Source of the DNA: an uncultured Candidatus Bathyarchaeia archaeon
Lineage (GTDB): Archaea; Thermoproteota; Bathyarchaeia; Bathyarchaeales; DTEX01
Assembly: GCA_964584965.1 (NCBI GenBank)
Contig: CAZPBM010000057.1
Coordinates: 647-64,646, forward strand
Direction: 5' to 3'
DNA: 64,000 bases
Position 1 is the stretch's first letter; every line of letters begins with the position of its first letter. Under the pieces are notes generated by a model. That model made no database searches and was not told the DNA's origin. It was given only the letters and a program-made list of their open reading frames with translations. Of the stretch, positions 10,168 to 19,668 are shown piece by piece. Made by a program: the position numbers and the translations under genes.

Positions 10168-10651
10168 TTGAATTTGTTGCGAGATGTTCCCCAGAGAGAT
10201 AATTCCGCTGAGGTGTTTAATGCTGTTGATGAAGTTATAAGTGGGTCTAGGAACAAGTATGAATATAACTGGGAGTAGGAATACGGCTTCATTCCTCAAA
10301 CATGGTTTCACAATAACGACCCTATGGACATTATGATATTATCCTATGAACCGCTTAGTGTCGGTTGCATAGTGAAGGTGAGACCCATATGTGTACTCAT
10401 TATGGAGGACGAAGAAGAAGATCCCAAAATTTTATCTGTTACCGTAAACGATCCTAGATTTGATGGGTATAAGAAACTTTCAGACGTTCATTCCCAACCG
10501 TTTCAGAGAGATACAGGAGTTCTTTGAAATCTACAAGAGGTTAGAACCGAAGAAATGGGTTAGGTTCAAGACCTAGAAAGACGCTGAAGAAGCAAAGAAG
10601 ACAATTGAATACTCAATCAATCTTTACTAGGAGAAATTCACCAAGAAATAG
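10168..10651 (+). pseudogene. ppa: Family I inorganic pyrophosphatase pseudogene
   Basis: Reads GSRNKYEYNWE*EYGFIPQTW...DPMDI...MEDEEEDPKIL...DPRF. TAG at 10276, the usual LDRVL...YP segment is missing, a frameshift near 10500, then EIQEFFEIYKRLEPKKWV with further stops. Confidence 0.9.
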
Positions 10652-10959
10652 TTCCATCCTTCTTTTAGTATCAGTATTTTCGAACCTGTAACCTGATCTT
10701 CATATTTCTTAGCGAGAGTGGCATGTTCTATAGTCATGTGGGGAGATCATAAATAAAGTAGGAAACAATCGAACGATACATTCTGTCTGAGACTTTGGTC
10801 CAAATGGGTTTGCTAATACAGATCCACTAATAAGGGAGCCTCTGATGATTTGCTCTAATTAGAGAAACGATTTTAACTTGAATTGCTAAATAAATAGTAT
10901 TGAAAAAGAGCACATAATACCAGCGTAGGCGGTTTTCAAGTCAAAGATGAAAGGGGAGG

Positions 10960-13656
10960 TTGGTTACGGGCATCGAAGGTCTGGACAAGATTTTCAATCC
11001 CAAAAGAATTGCGGTTATTGGAGCAAGTAACCAAGAGGGGTCGGTTGGTTTTAGGTTATTCAATAACCTTATCGGGGTTGGTTTTAGAGGTTTCGTTTAT
11101 CCAGTTAATCCTTTCAGTCCAAGTATTCAAGGCGTAACAGCTTATCCAAGTGTTAAGAAGATTCCTTGGCAAGTGGATCTGGCGATTGTTGCGACGCCTG
11201 CCCATATTGTGCTCCCAGTTGTTGAGGAGTGCGGTGAATCCGGAATCACTGGAATCATAATAGTCTCATCGGGCTTTGGCGAAACTAGCCCTCAAGGAAA
11301 AGCCTTGGAAGAAGAGCTCCTAAAGTTGAAACGTGCCCACGGCTTGAGGATCATCGGACCTAACTGCCTTGGCGTTATGCGTCCCAGCACAAGGTTGAAC
11401 GCGACATTTGCGAATAAGACGGCAAGGCCAGGCAGGATAGCTTTCATGTCACAAAGCGGAGCTCTGTGCGCTTCGGTCTTGGATTGGGCAGCCCATGCGA
11501 ACGTGGGATTCAGCTGTCTAGTCTCGACTGGAGGAATGATCGATGTCGACTTTGCAGATCTGATAGACTACTTTGGGATGGACCCTGAAACTAGGAGCAT
11601 AATCCTCTTCATCGAAGCCATAAAAGACCCACGAAAGTTTATGAGTGCGGCTCGAAGGTTTGCGGGAACTAAACCCATTATTGTTGTGAAGGCCGGTAAG
11701 TCCCTTGAAGGCATGAGGGCTGCCGCGTCACATACGGGAGCGATTGCAGGTGAGGATGCTATCTATCGCGCCTTCTTTGAGAGGGCAGGCATAGTCCGCG
11801 TTGAGGAGATTGCTGACCTATTTAACTGCTCCGAGATATTAGATATGCAACCGTCTCCGAAAGGTCTGAAACTGGCCATAATCACAAATGCCGGCGGACC
11901 TGGGGTTATGGCCACCGACGCGCTGATAGCTAGAGGAGGGAGACTTGCAACCCTAAGTAACGAGACGATCCAAGCCTTGGATAGGATCTTACCGTACTAC
12001 TGGAGCAGGTCAAACCCCATCGATGTATGCGAGGACGCTACGGTTGATAGATTTAGGAGAGTTTTCGAAGGATGCTTTAGAGATTCGAACGTAGATGGCT
12101 ATCTAGTGATCTACACGCCCATTGGAGCCGCCGGCCCATCTGAAACCGCTGAGGTTCTTGCAGAAATTTCAGAGGAAACTGACAAGCCTATCTTGGCATC
12201 TTGGCTCGGGGAAGAGGATGTACGGGAAGCCGTAAGCATCCTTCGGAAGAATAGGATCCCCACGTACTCTACGCCTGAGCAGGCGGTAGAGACTTTCGTG
12301 TACATGTACCAATATGCGCGAAATCTTGAGCTTCTCTACGAGACGCCTGAAGAGATGCCTACCAGCCTCTCAGCCAACAGGGAATGCCTCCAGCGGATAA
12401 TGGAGATGGCATCTAAGGAGGGTAGGGAGGTCCTCACGGAGCCAGAGTCGAAGGAGTTTCTGGAAATCTATGGGATCCCGACGGCTAAGGCTTATGTTGC
12501 GAGGACTCCTGATGAAGCAGCCAGCATAGCCTCCAGAATTGGTTTCCCAGTTGTAATGAAAATCCTCTCATCTGAGCTTACGCATAAAACCGACGTTGAC
12601 GGTGTAATATTGAATGTTACTTCTGAATCACAGGTTAGGAGATGCTTTGAAGAGCTCATGAAGCGGGTTAAGAGGTGGCATCCCTCCATAAAGATTGAAG
12701 GCGTGACTGTTCAACCCATGTTTTCCGGCGGATACGAGCTAATAATTGGGTCAAAGAGGGATCCCCAATTCGGCTCAGTCATAATTTTTGGAACAGGAGG
12801 AATTGGTGTTGAACTCTTTAATGATATCTCGGTTGGTTTTCCGCCTCTGAACCAGACCTTAGCAAGAAGGATGATCGAGCAGACCAAGGCTTACAAGATA
12901 TTCTCAGAAGAGTTTAGAGGTAGACCTCCAGTCAACATTCGACTGCTGGAGGAGGCGCTCGTCAGGTTCTCTCAGCTCGTAGCGGACTTCCCACAGATTA
13001 GGGAGGCTGATGTGAACCCTCTTTTGGTCGATGAGAAAAGTGTCACAGCCTTGGACGCTCGGATAGTAATAGACCTTAACAAGGTCTCCGCTGAGGTCCA
13101 ATCCTATGAGCATCTCATAATAAGGCCTTATCCGAGGAAATACGTAACCCGACGCACTTTGAAAGACGGAGAGGAAGTATTGCTTCGTCCCATAAAGCCT
13201 GAGGATGAACCCCTCATAGCTGAACTCTTCCAGACGTTCTCTGAAGAAACCATGCGCTTAAGATTCTTTCAAGTCGCGAGAGAAATATCCCACCAGACTC
13301 TAACCCATTACTGCAACATAGACTACGACCGCGAGATGGCTATAGTTGCTGAGCTGACCGAGAGCGGAAAACAACGTATAGCTGGCATGGTTAGGCTCAT
13401 AGTTGAACCAGACGGCGAGAGCGGCGAAGTCGCTGTTGTCATTGGAGACCCTTGGCAGAACAGGGGTTTAGGCACCATGATGTTCGACTACATCATTGAG
13501 ATCAGCAAGGACATGGGGCTTAAGAGAGTCTTCGGAGAGATCTTAGCGGAAAACACAAAGATGATACACATTTGTAACACAAGAGGCTTCGAGATCAAAC
13601 CCATAGACGAAGAAACATACTTAGCAACACTCGAACTCGAAAAAAGCAAGTCGTAA
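10960..13656 (+). CDS. ADP-forming acetyl-CoA synthetase (alpha+beta) fused to a C-terminal GNAT (Pat-type architecture)
   Basis: AVIGAS, GPNCLG, SQSGAL, ASHTGAIAG, TNAGGPGV, HKTDVDGV, DPQFG, DARI; GNAT part LRPIKPED...RLRFF...DYDREMA...WQNRGLG. Confidence 0.92.
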   Translation: MVTGIEGLDKIFNPKRIAVIGASNQEGSVGFRLFNNLIGVGFRGFVYPVNPFSPSIQGVTAYPSVKKIPWQVDLAIVATPAHIVLPVVEECGESGITGIIIVSSGFGETSPQGKALEEELLKLKRAHGLRIIGPNCLGVMRPSTRLNATFANKTARPGRIAFMSQSGALCASVLDWAAHANVGFSCLVSTGGMIDVDFADLIDYFGMDPETRSIILFIEAIKDPRKFMSAARRFAGTKPIIVVKAGKSLEGMRAAASHTGAIAGEDAIYRAFFERAGIVRVEEIADLFNCSEILDMQPSPKGLKLAIITNAGGPGVMATDALIARGGRLATLSNETIQALDRILPYYWSRSNPIDVCEDATVDRFRRVFEGCFRDSNVDGYLVIYTPIGAAGPSETAEVLAEISEETDKPILASWLGEEDVREAVSILRKNRIPTYSTPEQAVETFVYMYQYARNLELLYETPEEMPTSLSANRECLQRIMEMASKEGREVLTEPESKEFLEIYGIPTAKAYVARTPDEAASIASRIGFPVVMKILSSELTHKTDVDGVILNVTSESQVRRCFEELMKRVKRWHPSIKIEGVTVQPMFSGGYELIIGSKRDPQFGSVIIFGTGGIGVELFNDISVGFPPLNQTLARRMIEQTKAYKIFSEEFRGRPPVNIRLLEEALVRFSQLVADFPQIREADVNPLLVDEKSVTALDARIVIDLNKVSAEVQSYEHLIIRPYPRKYVTRRTLKDGEEVLLRPIKPEDEPLIAELFQTFSEETMRLRFFQVAREISHQTLTHYCNIDYDREMAIVAELTESGKQRIAGMVRLIVEPDGESGEVAVVIGDPWQNRGLGTMMFDYIIEISKDMGLKRVFGEILAENTKMIHICNTRGFEIKPIDEETYLATLELEKSKS

Positions 13657-13978
13657 AACCAAGATTTTTGCTATGCTAAATGTCAAGAGAAAAGTAAAAA
13701 TTCCCAATAGACGCGAAGAAATATCTTGCCATAAAAGACTTCAAGCGGAGAGACACCTAAAAAGGTTCCGGAGACTCGGCCGGAAATCGAGGAACCGAAA
13801 AAATAATCATGGGTTCGACAAAATGGTATAATAATGTACTGTACCGCCCTTTGTCCCTGATCCGAGGTTCTCAGCCTCAACCAAAGGTTCTAGCAACCAT
13901 GGTGAGGATAGAATCACTGAACCCCAAACCTAAACAGTGAACAGTTTTCTCGAAGGCTTCCAACGCCTCGTAAAATCG

Positions 13979-13994
13979 TTTCTACATGTAGAAA
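13979..13994. promoter_or_regulatory. Perfect 16-bp palindrome TTTCTACATGTAGAAA, candidate operator upstream of the GH1 gene
   Basis: Palindrome read directly from the sequence; function inferred. Confidence 0.35.
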
Positions 13995-14215
13995 AATGGC
14001 TTTCTGGAAGCGGCTAAATCTCCAGTTTTGTACATGCTGGAAGCTTGGTTTATAAAGGAAAATGTCTACATGATAATGCTGCATAATTGGGTTCTTATTT
14101 AATGTACAAATTGACATAAAACAAAAAGGATAAGAGAACTCTTCTTTTCTATAAAAATGGGACAGATACTTTCTAAATTTTAAATACATCTCTTTCCAAT
14201 TCTTGTTTGATTAGT

Positions 14216-15730
14216 ATGGGTTTTCCGAAAAGGTTTTTGTGGGGCGCATCTTCTTGCGGCTTCCAGTTTGAAATGGGTGACTTGTCACGTGTATCTTTAG
14301 ATGAAAACACTGACTGGTTTACTTGGGTTCACGACAAACAGAACATAGAAAAGAAGACTGTAAGCGGGGACCTTCCTGAAGATGGTCCGAACTACTGGCT
14401 CCTTTTTGAAGAAGACCACAGAATCTGTCTTGATTTGGGCTTTAACGCCTATAGAATCGGCATAGAGTGGAGTAGAATTTTCCAAAAAAGCACAAAGGAA
14501 CTGAAAGTCGACATTGAAAAAGCGGATGACGGAAAGATTTCTGGGATTCACACTGAAGAAGGTTTCATGGAAAAACTTGAGAAAACTGCAAACAAGGATG
14601 CATTGAACCATTATCGTTCGATGATTCTTGATTTGAAGGAAAAAGGCATTGAACCATTCGTATGCCTGAACCATTTCACTCTGCCTCTTTGGGTTCACGA
14701 CCCAGTAGTTGCCCGAAATTCAAAGTTAAAGTTAGGTCCAAGAGGCTGGCTTGATGAAGATACATTAATTGAGTTTTGGAAATACGCGTCTTACGTGGCT
14801 TGGAAACTTGGAGATCTTGTGGATCATTGGATAACCTTTAACGAGCCTTTAGTCATTGCCGAAAGTGGATACGTGTTACCTGAGATCGCATTCTTTCCCC
14901 CAAGTGTAAGGAACTTTAATGCTTTTAAGAAGGTCATAGTTAACACAGCTGTTGCGCATGCACGGGCCTATGACGCGATAAAGGAGTGGGACAGGGAAAA
15001 AGCCGAATATAGTAGCAACTCTTCAGCGGAAATAGGCGTTATTCAGAATGTGTCACCGATTGTTCCTCAAGATCCTAAGCGTGATGGTGAAACAGCTGCT
15101 TTTGTTAATCACCTTCATAATAGATTCTTTCTTGAATCCGCCTCATCGGGGTGGCTTGACGAAAACCTTAATGGAGAAAAAGAAAAAATCGAAGTTAAGA
15201 GTTATCTTGCCAACAAGCTGGACTGGGTAGGTGTGAACTACTATACTCGGAACGTTATTAAGTGTGGAAGGTCGTTATTGGCAAAGATATTTGTTGGGAT
15301 ACCTTTTGTGCCTGAAATAGTATCTGGATACGGAAACGACTGTAAACCTAACAGCACGTCGAAAGACGGAAGACCGACTTCTGATTTTGGCTGGGAACTT
15401 TATCCAGAGGGTTTAACCGAGGCCTTGAAGATCGTGTCAAAGTATGGGAAACCCATGTTTGTGACCGAAAATGGGATAGCTGATGCCGAAGATAAACTGA
15501 GGCCTCGTTTTATTACTGAGCATTTAAGGGAACTGGATAAAGCCATTAACAGTGACAAACTTGATGTTCGGGGCTATTTCCATTGGGCTTTAACGGACAA
15601 CTACGAATGGGCTTCGGGCTTTAAGATGAAGTTTGGATTGTACGCTGTGGACTTTAAAACGAAAGAAAGGATTCGGAGAAAAAGTGCAGAGACGTACAAA
15701 CGCATCATTGAGATGGGTGAAGTGCCTTAA
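14216..15730 (+). CDS. Glycoside hydrolase family 1 beta-glycosidase (archaeal LacS/CelB-like)
   Basis: GFQFEMG, IEWSRIF, NHFTLPLW, TFNEP (acid/base), VTENG (nucleophile), DNYEWASG. Confidence 0.95.
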   Translation: MGFPKRFLWGASSCGFQFEMGDLSRVSLDENTDWFTWVHDKQNIEKKTVSGDLPEDGPNYWLLFEEDHRICLDLGFNAYRIGIEWSRIFQKSTKELKVDIEKADDGKISGIHTEEGFMEKLEKTANKDALNHYRSMILDLKEKGIEPFVCLNHFTLPLWVHDPVVARNSKLKLGPRGWLDEDTLIEFWKYASYVAWKLGDLVDHWITFNEPLVIAESGYVLPEIAFFPPSVRNFNAFKKVIVNTAVAHARAYDAIKEWDREKAEYSSNSSAEIGVIQNVSPIVPQDPKRDGETAAFVNHLHNRFFLESASSGWLDENLNGEKEKIEVKSYLANKLDWVGVNYYTRNVIKCGRSLLAKIFVGIPFVPEIVSGYGNDCKPNSTSKDGRPTSDFGWELYPEGLTEALKIVSKYGKPMFVTENGIADAEDKLRPRFITEHLRELDKAINSDKLDVRGYFHWALTDNYEWASGFKMKFGLYAVDFKTKERIRRKSAETYKRIIEMGEVP

Positions 15731-17012
15731 TCTTCTTCGCCCTTTCAGCAATCTTTCCACGAATCTCCAACACGTCTTTTGTGATAACAAATGCAAGCAT
15801 AACGAAGAGCCCTCCACAAATCATCCATGTTGAAACCGAAATGTAGAGTATGCCTAATCCTAGGCCATACGTGTCTGCGAGAACTCCTGAAATCAGAGGC
15901 GCAGCAGAGGATCCACTGTACTCGAATATTCTGAGCAAGGCGTCTGCTGAGCTTCTTACCTCGGGTTCAGAAATGTCTGTTACTGCAGCAGAAACGTTTG
16001 GACCTGCCATTGGTAAAATGAAAGAGGCTAATGTTCCTGCAATCACAAATCCTATGACATCGGTTTTAGGCCACATAATTGTCAGGTAAAGGGTTGGTGC
16101 AGAAAGAAACACAGCAACTGCGCCTACGATTGCTCTTCCTCTGACGTTTTTCTTGAAAAACATGTCTCCGAGCAATCCGCCTACCAGATTTCCTCCAATC
16201 ATACTTAAGAGCCAAACTAACATGATAATCATTGACAGGTTCTCATCGAACCCTCTTTCGCCAATCATGTAAGTGAAGATCCAAGCCTGTAGGACTTGCC
16301 ACGGAAACACTCCGAAGAATCCTTGCAAGCTAAGAAAGAGCAGCGACTTTTTCTTGATGAGCAAGACGAAGTCCTTGAGATTTATTCTATAAAGTTCCTC
16401 TTTGATTTTAACATCTGATAATTCGGGTTCGGAGCTTCCTCTGGGAACATCTTTAACCGAGAAATATACAAGAAGCGCCATTAAGATTCCAATTCCGCCT
16501 GTAAAATAAAACAAGTTTCTCCAGCCTGTAGCATAGCCTATTACTACGCCTAAGATTGTGCCGATTAATGCGCCTAAAGCCGCTGAGGCGCTTATTAACC
16601 CAAGTGGTTTTCCTCGGCTGCTTGGAGGAAAATAGTCGCTGATCAAACTATTCATAGTTGAGGGTGGTGTGTCATCTATCCCTGTAAGGGTTCGTGTTAT
16701 GAGAAAGTCTGAAAAAGTTTTAGAAACCGTATTGAGCCACGTTGTGAGTCCCCAAATTATGCCAGATAAACTGATTAGAGTTTTTCGTGAATATCTGTCG
16801 GACAAGTATCCCCAAACTGGATACAGGAAGACGGACATAAAGAACGTTGCAGTAAATATCAAGCCTCCGCTTGTGTACGTGATGTCAAATTCATCTAAAA
16901 TCTGTTGGAGGGCAACAGAGATTACGAAAATGTCCGCTGTATGTAAGGACCTGAAGATAAATAGTATTATGGCTACGAACCAAGAATAACCTAGACTTTT
17001 ATGGAAGTTCAT
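15705..17012 (-). CDS. MFS transporter, probably for sugars
   Basis: Multiple TM segments, motif A GYLSDRYSRK; abuts the GH4 gene. Confidence 0.9.
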   Translation of the reverse strand: MNFHKSLGYSWFVAIILFIFRSLHTADIFVISVALQQILDEFDITYTSGGLIFTATFFMSVFLYPVWGYLSDRYSRKTLISLSGIIWGLTTWLNTVSKTFSDFLITRTLTGIDDTPPSTMNSLISDYFPPSSRGKPLGLISASAALGALIGTILGVVIGYATGWRNLFYFTGGIGILMALLVYFSVKDVPRGSSEPELSDVKIKEELYRINLKDFVLLIKKKSLLFLSLQGFFGVFPWQVLQAWIFTYMIGERGFDENLSMIIMLVWLLSMIGGNLVGGLLGDMFFKKNVRGRAIVGAVAVFLSAPTLYLTIMWPKTDVIGFVIAGTLASFILPMAGPNVSAAVTDISEPEVRSSADALLRIFEYSGSSAAPLISGVLADTYGLGLGILYISVSTWMICGGLFVMLAFVITKDVLEIRGKIAERAKKIKALHPSQ

Positions 17013-18401
17013 TTATCTCACGTTTTTATAATGTTTCGATGCTTCTGAATTCCAAGGTTGACCAAGCTGTTCCTCTAAAAGCATGCTTGCGTCTTCGAAA
17101 GATTTTGTTCTGTGATCATCCATGATTGTGAGAAGCAAGCTTTTTCTGTCGCCTTCTAGAAATGCTTGAAGAACTTGTTCCATTCTCAACATTCTTGGAA
17201 TCAAAACATGCAACATTAGACGTTTAGGCAATTTTCCTACGCGTAAAGCGTTTACCTTTCCTCGGTCATCATTGGATTTTCTGATCAAAGTCGGGACCTC
17301 AACCACCACATTGTTTGGTATGCCGTCTATCGCTCCACTATTTGGGATGTTCAACTGAAGCTGAACTTCTTTGTTGTTTGCGATGGCATCAATGAAGGGA
17401 ATATGTTGTTCTCCGCTTAAAGACGGAGGATAAGCTTTTGTCAACGCAACCTCAGGATTGTTAGACCAAGCATACAGCTGGTCAAACATCGCTCTCAGCT
17501 GATTCAGATACATCGACCATCCTATTTCTGAGTCAAACCCACCTGTGGGACCGAACCACTTCTTTTTTGTCTCCAAGTCGATGTGATACCACCAAGGCGA
17601 TGCACTTCTTACGGTGTCTCCAATTGGAAAGAGACCATATAATTTATACATGTTCACAGCAGCTGAAGACAGTTGTTCCACACTCCAAGGTGGATTGTTC
17701 TGAAACTCGCTGCTTCTCCAGTATTTTTCAGCCTCTTTCTCGATCCATTGATCCAGAATTGGATAAGCATTTTTACCTCTATAAAGGAAGTTTGCAAGCC
17801 AGATGTTGTGATTAAAGCCTGCAATTATTACGTCAACATCTTCGATTTCTAAGCCAAGAGCCTTCACAATTTCAGTATAACTAAAGTGCCCGTGACATAT
17901 TCCGACAACTTTGGCTTTTGTTTCTCTCGAAATTAGTGTTGTACCTTCAAACACCGGATTTGCAGCTTGCAGCAGCCAAGCATCTGGACATATTTCTTCA
18001 ACGTCTCTTGCTAAGTTCAGGAAGAAATTAAGTTGATGGTATGCTCCGACGCCGCCATAATAGTCACTGACTCTATCACCTATGCCTCGGTAATAGCCAT
18101 ATTTCTCCGCGATTTTTCTCTCAATTTCCATAGGCTCATAGCCGCCGACCTTGACGGTATTTACAACAAAGTCAGCGTGGCTTAATGCTTCTTTTCTGTT
18201 CATTGTCTTTTTAATTGTGAAAGACGCGTTCATTTCTTTGACGTATCTAGTTGCAAGGTTATACATCATGTTTAGACGTTTTTCGTCAATATCCATCAAG
18301 ACGACCGTACTGCCATATAGGCTCCTAGTTAAACATAAATCGATTATGAGTCTACCTGTAAAAACTACGCTGCCAGCGCCTATAACAGATATCTGGGGCA
18401 T
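17013..18401 (-). CDS. Glycoside hydrolase family 4 (NAD+/Mn-dependent alpha-glycosidase or alpha-glucuronidase-like)
   Basis: IGAGSVVF, ICPDAWLLQAANP, GICHG, GFNHNIW, SGEQHIP, VVEVP. Confidence 0.92.
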   Translation of the reverse strand: MPQISVIGAGSVVFTGRLIIDLCLTRSLYGSTVVLMDIDEKRLNMMYNLATRYVKEMNASFTIKKTMNRKEALSHADFVVNTVKVGGYEPMEIERKIAEKYGYYRGIGDRVSDYYGGVGAYHQLNFFLNLARDVEEICPDAWLLQAANPVFEGTTLISRETKAKVVGICHGHFSYTEIVKALGLEIEDVDVIIAGFNHNIWLANFLYRGKNAYPILDQWIEKEAEKYWRSSEFQNNPPWSVEQLSSAAVNMYKLYGLFPIGDTVRSASPWWYHIDLETKKKWFGPTGGFDSEIGWSMYLNQLRAMFDQLYAWSNNPEVALTKAYPPSLSGEQHIPFIDAIANNKEVQLQLNIPNSGAIDGIPNNVVVEVPTLIRKSNDDRGKVNALRVGKLPKRLMLHVLIPRMLRMEQVLQAFLEGDRKSLLLTIMDDHRTKSFEDASMLLEEQLGQPWNSEASKHYKNVR

Positions 18402-18498
18402 AATTAAGCTGTCTAAAACTGTTCTAAAAAGCTTTACCCAGAATACCCAAAAAGTCTCTGCTGCACTTATTTTATAGCGACTTACATGTTAATTGCTG

Positions 18499-18798
18499 CT
18501 AAAATTCGTCCTGGTTTTTTCCAAAAGACAAAATGTTCCTTACGTCTTCAGTTTCTAGAATAGCCTTGAAGAAGACCCAAAGCCCCAACAACATAACTAT
18601 GAGACCTAGAATAGCGAATGGGTCATTTAATAACCGCACACCCTCTTCTGCCATAAGTGAAATTAATGTATCAAAGTCTATGTGAGGCGCCCTCCACATT
18701 CCCCAACCAACGATTGTCGTTATTAGTCCAAAAATTGCCAAAATAATTCTCTTTAACTGCAAGACCGTCTTCTCCGTCTTCTTTTGAAAAAATATCAC
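18499..18798 (-). CDS. Hypothetical 2-TM membrane protein
   Basis: ORF with two hydrophobic segments; no family recognised. Confidence 0.55.
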   Translation of the reverse strand: MIFFQKKTEKTVLQLKRIILAIFGLITTIVGWGMWRAPHIDFDTLISLMAEEGVRLLNDPFAILGLIVMLLGLWVFFKAILETEDVRNILSFGKNQDEF

Positions 18799-18837
18799 TT
18801 AAAAAGAGTTTCTAATATTCAGGCGTATATCGATTTA

Positions 18838-19065
18838 TTATGTTATCCTGTTTGGAGCTTCTTTAATTTTGATGAGCTCATTAACCAGTGTTTCGAGGTA
18901 TGTTAAGCCTTTAAAATCCAGCCCGTACCTTCTTAACATGAAAGCAAGCAACGTATAGTTTTTGTTTTTCCAGTGAACCTTTAGGGTTTCATAGTCTTCA
19001 CGGCTAATTTTTTTAGCCAGAATTTTTGCGTCCCTTTCACCTATAGCGTAATAATCCTCAGACAT
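18838..19065 (-). CDS. Hypothetical protein
   Basis: 75-aa ATG ORF with an upstream GGAG-like RBS. Confidence 0.55.
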   Translation of the reverse strand: MSEDYYAIGERDAKILAKKISREDYETLKVHWKNKNYTLLAFMLRRYGLDFKGLTYLETLVNELIKIKEAPNRIT

Positions 19066-19205
19066 TGATAACGATCCATCTCCAACTTTTTCAATACGAA
19101 GTAACTTGTAAATTTATTATTGTTTTTCCACTTATTAAGAATAATTAACAAATAAAAATACGCTAAAAAACAAAAACTTCGCTATTGCCTACAATAATCA
19201 AAAAA

Positions 19206-19529
19206 CTATGAGGTATGAAGTAATCTGCAAACTTCGCAGAATATTCCAATTGATTGGTCTGCAGACAAGTTTTCCTTAACAATTCGTTTTGCAGTGTCAC
19301 TGGCTAATTCTTGAATTTTTGGCATCATTCTTTTAAGATATTCAGCGTTTCCGTATCCCCGTTTTGCGTGAAGGTACTGGCTAATGGCAGCTTGTGTTGT
19401 TCCAAGTTTTTTGGCAGCTTCAACTTGAGTAAAATCATATTTCTTAACAAGTTCTTTAGCTATAAGTGACCTGAATACTGGGAAGACATATTTTGCAGTT
19501 GTTTCGCATGGAAGGCTCATATCGCTCAT
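19206..19529 (-). CDS. Archaeal HTH transcriptional regulator
   Basis: PCE...VFPVFRSLIAKEL...TQVEAAKKLGTTQAAISQY...RG, C-terminal CxxC; start moved to the downstream ATG. Confidence 0.88.
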   Translation of the reverse strand: MSDMSLPCETTAKYVFPVFRSLIAKELVKKYDFTQVEAAKKLGTTQAAISQYLHAKRGYGNAEYLKRMMPKIQELASDTAKRIVKENLSADQSIGIFCEVCRLLHTS

Positions 19530-19668
19530 CGAAAGGAATACTATATGTTTTTTCCATATAAATATGTAATGTTTTATTCTGTAAAATCGCTTTGAATAAG
19601 ATATGTGCAAACGATGAAGAAATATCTATAAATCATTTGCCGATAAGAGTTCAGTTGTGCTGAGGAAA

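Noticed and set aside
13811-13900. tRNA fragment or att site (GGTTCGA, ...ACCA)
   Set aside because: No cloverleaf or proper T-arm/acceptor pairing, and no integrase in the window.
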